Sequence record: PZ445511.1
DNA: 64,000 bases
DNA from: a phage
Strand: one strand, 5' to 3'
Shown here: piece by piece, positions 40,327-49,063 of the stretch
Position numbering within the stretch: position 1 is the first letter of the stretch
How the letters are laid out: each line of letters begins with the position of its first letter
The notes under the pieces: model-generated
Database searches by the model: none
What the model saw: only the letters and a program-made list of their open reading frames with translations
What the model was told of the DNA's origin: nothing
Program-made: the position numbers and the translations under genes

Positions 40327-40623
40327 TTATCGGCCTACTGGAGAAGCACGATCTAACTCTGACTGGAGGCTCGTCACACGGCGAACTTTCGCAACAGGAA
40401 TAAAACGGAAGCTATCATTAGTACGAGAGAAAACGAGGATTTCATCTTCTTTCGGCTTACGGATGCGCTCACGTTTAATACGCTCAGCCAGGTATTTATC
40501 CTGAGCTGGATCAAATTCCATCGTACCCTGAAGGTACGTGGTTCCTTTCTGACGAAGTTTTTCGTAATGAAGATAAAACTCACCAAATTTTTCGCATTGA
40601 GCAATAATTTCAGCTTTGTTCAT
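40327..40623 (-). CDS. Hypothetical protein
   Basis: 98-aa ORF in the early operon. Confidence 0.4.
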   Translation of the reverse strand: MNKAEIIAQCEKFGEFYLHYEKLRQKGTTYLQGTMEFDPAQDKYLAERIKRERIRKPKEDEILVFSRTNDSFRFIPVAKVRRVTSLQSELDRASPVGR

Positions 40624-40659
40624 AACTGTATTCCTTGTATTGGTGGATTTATCTAAGAT

Positions 40660-41070
40660 TTACTTAGTGATAGCTCGGATAGCTTCTGCCAGATGAGCAG
40701 CTGCTTTACCGGTCAGCTTGTCGATGATTGCGTCGTCCAGGAAGTCCGGTGCTAAGCCAGCATCAGAGAATGCAGAGCGAAGATCGGAGTGAGCCTGAGC
40801 TTTGGAAGTACGAGAACCACCAGAAGCTTTTTCTCCAGTAGATGCGCTTGATTTAGAAGTAGAGCCAGCAGCTTTCTTGATATACAGACCTGCTTTGGTC
40901 AGCTTCATACGAAAACCGTTCGGAGTTACACCATTTTCCTGAGCAATTTCGCTAACAATTTCCATGCTAACGCCCGGACGTTCATCTTCTGGGAATTGCT
41001 CCATACGAGCGACGTAGTCGGAAGACATTTTTTCGAACAGTTCATCAGTCCACTGAGTTGGAGTAGTCAT
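40660..41070 (-). CDS. Hypothetical protein
   Basis: 136-aa ORF, high-expression codon usage, Ser/Ala-rich linker. Confidence 0.45.
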   Translation of the reverse strand: MTTPTQWTDELFEKMSSDYVARMEQFPEDERPGVSMEIVSEIAQENGVTPNGFRMKLTKAGLYIKKAAGSTSKSSASTGEKASGGSRTSKAQAHSDLRSAFSDAGLAPDFLDDAIIDKLTGKAAAHLAEAIRAITK

Positions 41071-41177
41071 ATTTTTCGATTTCCTTAATTAAGAATTAAA
41101 CAGAATAGTTCTTTCAAACTATGAGAATATTATATCAAGAATTACAGGATTAAGCAACTGAAATTTTTCAGTAACTG

Positions 41178-41411
41178 CTACACATCTAGTTCAACGATCT
41201 CCCAATCGTCGGCCAGAGCTTCTTCTAGACTAAGATTAACTACTGTTACTATCGGGCGTACGCAGTGTATACTAGGCCACTCATATAGCTTAACAGTGTC
41301 ACTATCTACATCAAATTTTAACAAGAATGTAAAGTCTCGGGTGTTCTTCCAGCTATCTCGCTGGAGATATTTTACGTCTCCAGCTTTTAACAGATCAGTT
41401 AGTTTACTCAC
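41178..41411 (-). CDS. Hypothetical protein
   Basis: 77-aa ORF preceded by an early promoter. Confidence 0.4.
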   Translation of the reverse strand: MSKLTDLLKAGDVKYLQRDSWKNTRDFTFLLKFDVDSDTVKLYEWPSIHCVRPIVTVVNLSLEEALADDWEIVELDV

Positions 41412-42108
41412 GGCGTTTTCCTTTCTCTTTATCGAGTTTCAGTGCAGCTTTAACAGCTTCATTAACCAACGTGATAACTTCTTCACGGCCCCATTTAAAG
41501 CCAAGAGCTTTAACATCAACTCCCAGCTTTTCCAGATGTTTAACAGAAGCTAATTCGTAGTGCATATAGTGAACGTTCTGTTGTTTACCTTCTGATAACA
41601 ACCAAACACGATAGCAACCAACTGGGTTAGTCATTGCTTTCTTGATTTCACCAATACACTGATAGCCAGGAACCCAAACAAGTTCACCAACTTCAAATTC
41701 CTCTGCCATTGCATCATCAGGAATCAACGGAGGATTCAATGGATCAACAATATCATTTAAACGAAGCAGAGCACCATAACGTTCCAGAACAGATTTAATC
41801 ATCGCTACAGAACGATAGTTACGATCTGCGATTTCTTCAAAAGAATCACCAGAAAGATACTGTTCAATTACGTTTGCAAGCTCAACACCTTCAATCAGTG
41901 TTCCGCGCTTCTTCTTTTTCATTTCCGCAACCTGAACCTGACGATCCCTCCATTCCTCGATCATTCGTTCCATAGTTGGGTTAGAAGAAACACCGAGCAT
42001 TTCACATGCTGCTTTCTTAGTACCACCGTTCTCCAGATGTTCAATGACCTTTTTAAAGGTTTCATCAGGGATTTCATGGATAAGTTTCTTTCTACGAGAA
42101 CCAGCCAT
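41404..42108 (-). CDS. Hypothetical protein, possible HTH DNA-binding
   Basis: 234 aa; N-terminal helix-turn-helix-like segment (GTKKAACEMLGVSSNPTMERMI). Confidence 0.45.
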   Translation of the reverse strand: MAGSRRKKLIHEIPDETFKKVIEHLENGGTKKAACEMLGVSSNPTMERMIEEWRDRQVQVAEMKKKKRGTLIEGVELANVIEQYLSGDSFEEIADRNYRSVAMIKSVLERYGALLRLNDIVDPLNPPLIPDDAMAEEFEVGELVWVPGYQCIGEIKKAMTNPVGCYRVWLLSEGKQQNVHYMHYELASVKHLEKLGVDVKALGFKWGREEVITLVNEAVKAALKLDKEKGKRRE

Positions 42109-42176
42109 ATTTAAACTCCTCTCTCAAATTTATGAATCTATTATACAGAAAATTTTTCCTGAAAGCAAATAAATTT

Positions 42177-42410
42177 TTACGATTCTTTGAGCAAAGAAGC
42201 AAGTTCAGCATAGACTTTATCTAACTCAAAGCCAATGCGAAGAGACACACGAGTCTTCCGTTGTTTAAGTAACCATATGGAGACGTTAGGGATGCCAGCG
42301 AGACGAGGTGGTACAACCCTACATAGTTTCTCCGCAGTATCGTAAACAGAAGTTTTACGTTCTTTTACGGGAAACTTCCTTGTTTCCCACTTTTTATTCT
42401 TCACTATCAT
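42177..42410 (-). CDS. Hypothetical protein
   Basis: Small ORF; start placed at ATG 42410 after GGGAG RBS. Confidence 0.35.
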   Translation of the reverse strand: MIVKNKKWETRKFPVKERKTSVYDTAEKLCRVVPPRLAGIPNVSIWLLKQRKTRVSLRIGFELDKVYAELASLLKES

Positions 42411-45183
42411 TTCTAGCTCCCAATTCAGCAAGAGCTTCCTCGTGCATCTGACGTTCTTCGTCTGTCATAAACTTAACTGGAATCGGCATACATTCGATCT
42501 TACAGTAAGTTCTGTACCAGTCCACAATCTTTTCCGTATCCAGATCTTTACCGATACCCATCATGCCAAGATACATACGAGCATATTTTGGGTTAGCACT
42601 CTGACCTGTCTTAAGGAAGAAATCCTTCTTCTTATTCTTAAGAGCTTCAATAAACGGTTTGATTGTTACGTTTGAACACTTCTTGATATCTTCCCAGAAC
42701 ATATCGTGCATCTTATGGAAAAATGCAGCTCGATCATTCGGTTTATCCTTGATATACTGTTCAACATGTTCCACTGTTACATCTTTAATAGAATCCAGAT
42801 GATAATAGCGAACCAGAAGTAACTTGGCTTCATATGCATCTGCATGACGTGGTGCGCAGTATTCAGGAGTTGAGTGCAAAATAGCTTTGATTCGCTCTTC
42901 TGTATACTCTTTGCCTGCACCTTCGATAGTTCCCCAGCTTTCACTGAAAATATCAATAGTTGCACCTTGATCGAGAAGATAATAACGCAAAGTACTGGTA
43001 TAGTTTCTAGATTCCAGCTCACGACGACGTGCGTACAGTTGCTGAGCTAACTCAATCCAACCCTCGTCAATATTATATTGCTCGGAACCCGCAGAGAATC
43101 CACTCGTAGATTTATCAATAAAATAATAAATGTTCTGAGCACCACGGTCGCGCCTGATTGCTTGGAAACGCATGTTTGGCGCTTGGTTTGAGGTTCTAGT
43201 GATTACGAATACGTTATCAAAATAGTTAAAGTCAACACCACTCGTTACAGATGGACTACATAACAAACAATCAATCTGTTGATCAATTAGCTCATTAGTT
43301 GTATAATCCAGAATACGTCGAATATCTACGTCTGATGTAGAGTTTGAGTGAATTTCTTTAACTAACGCACCAGTATTACGACGTAATGCCATTCCCTTTT
43401 CATTCAGTTCATCCGGTCCACAGTCAGATACTAGGATTGATTTCTCACCCATCTCTAGAGATGTTTGAAGTGCGACCCAAATACTGGATTCATCAGGGAA
43501 TTCATAAGCATGAGCTTTCGCCAGCATTTTACGGTGATGATTATAGAATGCAACTGGTTTATCAAAATCAATCAAAGAACCATAGGCTTCAATCGTTTCT
43601 GCACTGATATCACCATCAGATAAGATCACCGTTTTAGCAGTAATAAGAATATCGCGAAGGACCTGTATACATTCACGACGGTTTTTAACAACCGGAGCGA
43701 ATAACAGATCATTCATTACTGCGTCACATTCATCAATAAAGATCGTATCAATCTGACCCACAAAGCTCTTGAACTTATGGATAGAGTGAATAGTTGAAGA
43801 CATACGATCAATGGCACCACGTTTGAAGTTCAGCATATCAACTGACTTATCATACTGACCAGCACCGAATTTCTTCGCGTTTGAAGATACAAGTGCCCTA
43901 GTATTCGTGATTGCAATAAAGTTTCCTGGAAGAACACCTGCATCTAGCCACTTAGTTACTGCTGTGGTTTTACCTGTACCAAGACTTGCCTTAACAAATG
44001 TTAAATGTCCTTTTGGTGGTACAATGTTAATTTTCAGGTATGGAACTTCTGGCGGTGAATCTGTGTCCAGACGCTTTAGTGGTACACCTTTTAAGTTGGG
44101 TGGAATCTCACGTTTGGAGTTATTCACAAAGGCTTTTAGAGCCTGCTTACGACCGTTATTAAAGTAATCTTGAATATTACGACTATTATCTTTAGTTGCA
44201 ATATATTCAGATAAAGCTGGTTTAATCTCACGTTCTAACCACGTAAAGTCAACACCATCTTCTAACGCTCTGTGATAAAGTTTTGGGATAATACGCAGGT
44301 ACACCCCATCCTCAGCTTCTTCTAGTTCGCTGATGGTTTCTTCCACTTTATCAGATGCAGCTTTCTTGCCTTTAATTTGGTCAAGTAAGGAGTAGAATTC
44401 TTCTTTAAACTCACCTCTAGTTGTTTCAAAGTCAACTAGGTTATTGGGTAGATTCACTTTCGAACCCTTAACATACACAAGACGTGGTTTATTCTCCGCT
44501 TTAAACGGATCGACTATACCATCATCAAACAAGGGATCTGCGAAATAGTGAAGCTGAACAGAAGAATAATAAGCTAAGTCAGCAATATCAAAGCCATACT
44601 TTTGCTTACTACTGTCATTGATAGATGTAAATAAGAACTTTAACTGTCCCTGCGTTACCTTGACATTAGATTCTAGCATTAAGTGCATTCGGATACCTGG
44701 TTTTAATCCAGCCGAAGACGATGCATGGGCAATAAACCCTGCATCAAGAGGAAACATATCCTCACTAATACTATTCAACATCTTAATAATATGACGTGCC
44801 ATGCCAACAAGATTAAACTTGTCATAGCCACCAGTATCTACAATACCATCCACGTCCATAGCGATAATATGACTAGGATTGGATACGTTAAAGTTTCCTC
44901 TGGTACGACGCACATTATCTTTTGGAGCTAGACATTTACCACGAATAGCTACAATATGCGGGTCTTTGGTAAGACGACGCATGATAGGTAACATTTCAGC
45001 AAGGTTTTGCGGGTCAAGTTCTTCAAGTACATCAAATTTGAAGGGCATGGAAGCTGGTTTACCTTCTGGATGCTCTTTAGAGAATCGCTTTGCAAAGGTA
45101 TAATCTTCCACTTTGATCTCTTTCCAGATGCCAGTGGCTTTATCTCTGGAAAATCCTGCGTGACCTTGTAGGATTGAGAACAC
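42394..45183 (-). CDS. Large ATPase/helicase, putative replication initiator (T5 D2-like)
   Basis: Walker A GTGKTT, DECD Walker B; start uncertain (GTG 45183 after AGGAG; the ORF track extends to 45306). Confidence 0.6.
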   Translation of the reverse strand: MFSILQGHAGFSRDKATGIWKEIKVEDYTFAKRFSKEHPEGKPASMPFKFDVLEELDPQNLAEMLPIMRRLTKDPHIVAIRGKCLAPKDNVRRTRGNFNVSNPSHIIAMDVDGIVDTGGYDKFNLVGMARHIIKMLNSISEDMFPLDAGFIAHASSSAGLKPGIRMHLMLESNVKVTQGQLKFLFTSINDSSKQKYGFDIADLAYYSSVQLHYFADPLFDDGIVDPFKAENKPRLVYVKGSKVNLPNNLVDFETTRGEFKEEFYSLLDQIKGKKAASDKVEETISELEEAEDGVYLRIIPKLYHRALEDGVDFTWLEREIKPALSEYIATKDNSRNIQDYFNNGRKQALKAFVNNSKREIPPNLKGVPLKRLDTDSPPEVPYLKINIVPPKGHLTFVKASLGTGKTTAVTKWLDAGVLPGNFIAITNTRALVSSNAKKFGAGQYDKSVDMLNFKRGAIDRMSSTIHSIHKFKSFVGQIDTIFIDECDAVMNDLLFAPVVKNRRECIQVLRDILITAKTVILSDGDISAETIEAYGSLIDFDKPVAFYNHHRKMLAKAHAYEFPDESSIWVALQTSLEMGEKSILVSDCGPDELNEKGMALRRNTGALVKEIHSNSTSDVDIRRILDYTTNELIDQQIDCLLCSPSVTSGVDFNYFDNVFVITRTSNQAPNMRFQAIRRDRGAQNIYYFIDKSTSGFSAGSEQYNIDEGWIELAQQLYARRRELESRNYTSTLRYYLLDQGATIDIFSESWGTIEGAGKEYTEERIKAILHSTPEYCAPRHADAYEAKLLLVRYYHLDSIKDVTVEHVEQYIKDKPNDRAAFFHKMHDMFWEDIKKCSNVTIKPFIEALKNKKKDFFLKTGQSANPKYARMYLGMMGIGKDLDTEKIVDWYRTYCKIECMPIPVKFMTDEERQMHEEALAELGARNDSEE

Positions 45184-45745
45184 AACAATACTCCTATGTT
45201 GGTTATTCGAATATCTTTCTTTAGGACTATTCAAAAGAATAGAACAACTATTACTACCATTTACACAAACATTAATCATCATCAAGCAGTATGAATAAGT
45301 TATCATACCTCAGTGCTGCGCTCTCTTAACTCTTATCCAGATCAGAACCTAGGTCATTGGCCGCTAAGCCAATTCTGATTGCCCTCACTATCCTATTGGT
45401 AGGTGGCTACTGGACGTGTCACCATTCGCTGCTCTTTTCGTTCGCACCCCCATATAAAGCTCTGCCTATATAACGAGCTAAATATGCACGGTTTGGATTT
45501 ACCTTTCCGAATTCAGGGTACGCAGATCACTTAATTGATAATTAACTAATGCAGTATAAACACTAGTAATAGTTAAAACAACCCTTAATGGGGCAGCCTA
45601 ACTGTTCCGTATTGCGGACTGTAAACAAGAAAAATTAGCAAAATCAATTTTTACTAATGTCTCTCAATTCAATATAAATATTATATCAAGATTTTGAGCA
45701 TCCTGCAAGTAAAATTTTTCCGAAGGTGCTATCAGTGTCTTTGAG

Positions 45746-45777
45746 CACAGAGAAAACCGAGCCAAAATGACTCGGTA
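45746..45777 (-). terminator. Rho-independent terminator after the 131-aa paralog
   Basis: ACCGAG-loop-CTCGGT hairpin followed by TTTTCTCT on the - strand. Confidence 0.55.
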
Positions 45778-45799
45778 ATCAGGATTGGGCTAACGAAAA

Positions 45800-46195
45800 T
45801 CAATCATCATTTAGACCTGGGACATAGATCCCAATGCGATTTAATTGACCTTTAGCTTCTTCGAGAATATCTTCGGTGTACTCCCAAATATCATCTTCTA
45901 CTTGCAAAAGATAAGGGGATTCACCAGTTTCGGGGTCACGTGTAATGGCTAAGCCACGTGGATGGAATATAGAGAAGTTGAGGGCAACAATCAAGCCCAT
46001 GCTGGACAATTCATTCCAGTCAGCTTCCCAACCATCATCTTCATCTTCGTCCACAAAGACACCTACACTAGGGTCTGTTACAGAAGTAAACGGAAATGTT
46101 ACACTAACCTTGTCAACCCCCAACCAACGTGCAAGGAGCCCCTCAGCACGCTCTACCAAACTAGGATCTATCTGACGCCAAAATACTTGTTCCAT
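45800..46195 (-). CDS. Hypothetical acidic protein (tandem paralog 1)
   Basis: 131 aa; shares W-ELxxMGL-xALN...TGE-P...PGL pattern with the adjacent 142-aa ORF. Confidence 0.5.
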   Translation of the reverse strand: MEQVFWRQIDPSLVERAEGLLARWLGVDKVSVTFPFTSVTDPSVGVFVDEDEDDGWEADWNELSSMGLIVALNFSIFHPRGLAITRDPETGESPYLLQVEDDIWEYTEDILEEAKGQLNRIGIYVPGLNDD

Positions 46196-46204
46196 TCTGC
46201 CTCC

Positions 46205-46633
46205 TTAAGCAGTTAAACCTGGGATCATATACCCGAAACGACGAAGTTTCTGAATCCCCTCATTTACTTCCTCGGGCGAATATGACCAGCCCTCACTTTC
46301 ATTTACCTGGAAAGCAGGAGCTTCACCAGTGCGATAATTTACAATAAGACGGTGATTTGCAGGCATAAACAGCTTATGGTTCAAGGCAAAAACCAGACCC
46401 ATTTCATCGAGTTCTTTCCAGTCTACAATCTCTTCTACTCCCTCCCCTAAATCCACGCTAACTCCAATACACGGAGCTTCCTCTAGTGGGCCTTTAAAAG
46501 ACAGGAAGATATCGTTATTCTCACACCAAATCTTAAGCAGATTGATGGTTTCATTGTACATACCATTAGGGAGAGAACGCCAGAAGTTGAGGAGCATAGG
46601 ATTTACCTCTTTCATGAAAATATTATTGAACAT
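46205..46633 (-). CDS. Hypothetical protein (tandem paralog 2)
   Basis: 142 aa; paralog of 45800-46195. Confidence 0.5.
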   Translation of the reverse strand: MFNNIFMKEVNPMLLNFWRSLPNGMYNETINLLKIWCENNDIFLSFKGPLEEAPCIGVSVDLGEGVEEIVDWKELDEMGLVFALNHKLFMPANHRLIVNYRTGEAPAFQVNESEGWSYSPEEVNEGIQKLRRFGYMIPGLTA

Positions 46634-46635
46634 GC

Positions 46636-47176
46636 TTATACCTTAAGTTTCTGAAGAGCCTTACACATTTCAAGATCTGGACTAAATTCCAGCATATAGC
46701 TTATAGCATTTAAATCTTGAAGGTTTATTCCAGTCCTGCCATTTACAATAACAGTAGGAAATTGGTACATCATAGCACCAGCATCATCTAGGACACACCA
46801 ATGCTTGAGCTTATATTTTTTCGACGAAACGTAAAACAGAATTACCCCGAGATAAACCACCTCCAGTAAAATCTGTTGTACCAAGGAAACGATCGATCAA
46901 ACCGAGCCCGGTCATAATCTGAACGTTCTCCATCTCATTTCGTACAGAAAACCATGAAGATACCCCAACAATCATTATTGGGGATGGCTTAAGAAAGTTC
47001 TGAAAAGCCTGGAGTAATGGCTTGTAAACCCAATCACCACCAAAGAATAGCTTCTCACTATCTGGAGCATGATGGTGAGAGATGCTCGAATTGAGCACCC
47101 CATCAATATCCAGGAAAATCACAGGAGTATTACTTATTTCCACCAGTAGCATCCCACGTCCAGACTTTAACTTCAT
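46636..47176 (-). pseudogene. HAD-superfamily phosphatase (nucleotidase-like) split by an apparent frameshift at an A6 run
   Basis: N-terminal ORF has HAD motif I (IFLDIDGVLN); downstream ORF in another frame has a DD motif (CVLDDAG); the frames join at GAAAAAATA (about 46814-46822). Confidence 0.45.
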
Positions 47177-47296
47177 CAGTAAAAGGAACTGGAACCTTCA
47201 ATTCACCCTTACCCCCACATAACAGATAGGAACAGAGAATAAATGGTAATCATACCGATTAGGTTGACAAACCGTACTAGACCTTTCCAGATACCC

Positions 47297-47479
47297 TTAA
47301 AAATCTTCTTCACCATATTCTCCCTCCTTAATAAGGAACTCTTTCCATTCTGCTGTATCCTCATAGATAACGCAGAAATCATCACTCTTCCATGAGAAGT
47401 CATCAGTAGCAAATTCAAAACGGTAGCACCAACTACCGTCTGGCCATACTAAAAGATCACACATGCTTTTCTGGGACAT
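47297..47479 (-). CDS. Small hypothetical protein, translationally coupled to the Sir2-like gene
   Basis: GGAGGG RBS and ATG embedded in the last codons of the Sir2-like ORF; 60 aa. Confidence 0.35.
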   Translation of the reverse strand: MSQKSMCDLLVWPDGSWCYRFEFATDDFSWKSDDFCVIYEDTAEWKEFLIKEGEYGEEDF

Positions 47480-48308
47480 AAATATTTCCCTCCATAAAAG
47501 CTTCAACTTGATCAATAAAGTGTTTATTACCAAAAACTTCGGCAGCTCCAGCACGCCATACAGTAACACCACGTTTCTCATATTCAAGCTGTTCATCATA
47601 GCGAACTTGAGGGTTAACAACCATCATCTTAGTTCCACGACATACAGCAGGGAATAGTTCCCAGTTGAAGTCAATCACTTGGTTGCTACAACCTACTACA
47701 ATAACCATATCATTGCTAGTAAGTGTATCAAACAGGTTAATCTGACCCATATACCACGGAGCCGTCTCACCAAAGAATGTTACGTTTGGTTTTACCCATT
47801 CGTAATCTTCAGGAACAATTGCAGTGTATCCAACATCTTCGATGATTTGATTGCGACCCCGACGATAGATCACCTCTTTCAAGTACCCGTGAGCGTGAAT
47901 GATTTCATCACGAGGGATACCAGCACGTTCCAGAAGGTCATCAACGTTAGTAGTGAAGTTCTTCACGCTATCCGCACCATAACGCTGGAACCATTCTGCA
48001 ATTCGCAGATGGGCAATGTTAGGCTCAACAGTCTGTAATTCCTGACGACGCATGTTGTAGAACTCATGAGTCTTGAGATACAGATCGTTACCCTCTTCAT
48101 CAATGCCAGGGAAACGAGCACTGAAGTAGTTAGGATCATCTTCACCACAGAAGCGACGGAAGCCAGCTTCAAAGTTAGGCAAGCTACATACTTCCTCTAG
48201 ATCGTACTCATCCCACAAAGATTTTCCACTAGCAGTATCAGTACGGAAAGCACGAACACCACTATCAACACTTAAACCAGCACCACTAACAATGATTAGT
48301 CTACGCAT
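47457..48308 (-). CDS. Sir2-like (sirtuin family) NAD-dependent protein
   Basis: GAGLSVDSGVRAFR, TTNVDDL, HG, PNVTFFGE sirtuin motifs; no CxxC...CxxC zinc module. Confidence 0.7.
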   Translation of the reverse strand: MRRLIIVSGAGLSVDSGVRAFRTDTASGKSLWDEYDLEEVCSLPNFEAGFRRFCGEDDPNYFSARFPGIDEEGNDLYLKTHEFYNMRRQELQTVEPNIAHLRIAEWFQRYGADSVKNFTTNVDDLLERAGIPRDEIIHAHGYLKEVIYRRGRNQIIEDVGYTAIVPEDYEWVKPNVTFFGETAPWYMGQINLFDTLTSNDMVIVVGCSNQVIDFNWELFPAVCRGTKMMVVNPQVRYDEQLEYEKRGVTVWRAGAAEVFGNKHFIDQVEAFMEGNIYVPEKHV

Positions 48309-48502
48309 TATACGATTCCTTGCTTGAATCCTTCGATGATATTTTGGAGCAGAATTGCTTCTTCTGGGCGAACCTTCTCTTGCTTAATAAGCATATCCAA
48401 ACCAGCAATACAGGTAGCTACTCCAGCATTATACCCAGCATTCCACTGCTCCATGAGCATATTTTCTAAATTACTTTTTAGATTCTGATTCAAGAAGTCC
48501 AT
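48308..48502 (-). CDS. Small hypothetical protein
   Basis: ORF with GGAGGAAAAA RBS; start placed at MDFLNQ. Confidence 0.3.
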   Translation of the reverse strand: MDFLNQNLKSNLENMLMEQWNAGYNAGVATCIAGLDMLIKQEKVRPEEAILLQNIIEGFKQGIV

Positions 48503-48674
48503 AAAGTTTTTCCTCCAATTCCATAATACGATTTTCGTAAGAAGCACGCAGCTTCTCGATGGACAAAGCACGAACTGTAACTTCATCTGAATTGATCGCT
48601 AGCTGAGCTAGATCTTCTGTTTCCATACGTCCGTTGTAAATTAAGCGATATTTAAGATGTTTTACGTTTTTCAT
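48471..48674 (-). CDS. Small hypothetical protein
   Basis: 67-aa ORF, coiled-coil-like. Confidence 0.3.
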   Translation of the reverse strand: MKNVKHLKYRLIYNGRMETEDLAQLAINSDEVTVRALSIEKLRASYENRIMELEEKLYGLLESESKK

Positions 48675-48683
48675 TCTTGTTCC

Positions 48684-48965
48684 TTAGTTCTGTACTGTAA
48701 ATTCATTCTTATCACAGTGAGCATAATAATACCCATACATACGATAAATTTTCACAGCCTTAGTAGACCCCTTCGATTCTTCATAATCAATCCAGAGCCA
48801 CTTGTCTTTACCTACATAATGTACCCGAAACTTCTTAACTTTCTTATCATTCCATGTTGCAACAACACGACGATAATCAAATCCGCCCAACCAATCTAGA
48901 GCCTTACGTTCTTCACTAGGCTCTCCAAGATGGGAAACATCTACTTTCGGAAGCAATTCGCTCAT
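48684..48965 (-). CDS. Hypothetical protein
   Basis: 93-aa ORF preceded by an early promoter (48975-49025). Confidence 0.4.
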   Translation of the reverse strand: MSELLPKVDVSHLGEPSEERKALDWLGGFDYRRVVATWNDKKVKKFRVHYVGKDKWLWIDYEESKGSTKAVKIYRMYGYYYAHCDKNEFTVQN

Positions 48966-49063
48966 AGCTTTCTCCTCTCAAATTTATAAATCAATTATAC
49001 ATAAGTTTTAGCTCGAAAGCAAATAAAATAAAAGCCAGGTCGACTAGCAACCTGGCTGATTCA

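Noticed and set aside
45190-45215. tRNA-like T-arm sequence (GGTTATTCGAATATC)
   Set aside because: No acceptor-stem complementarity and no D or anticodon arms could be assembled around it; no tRNA is called in this window.
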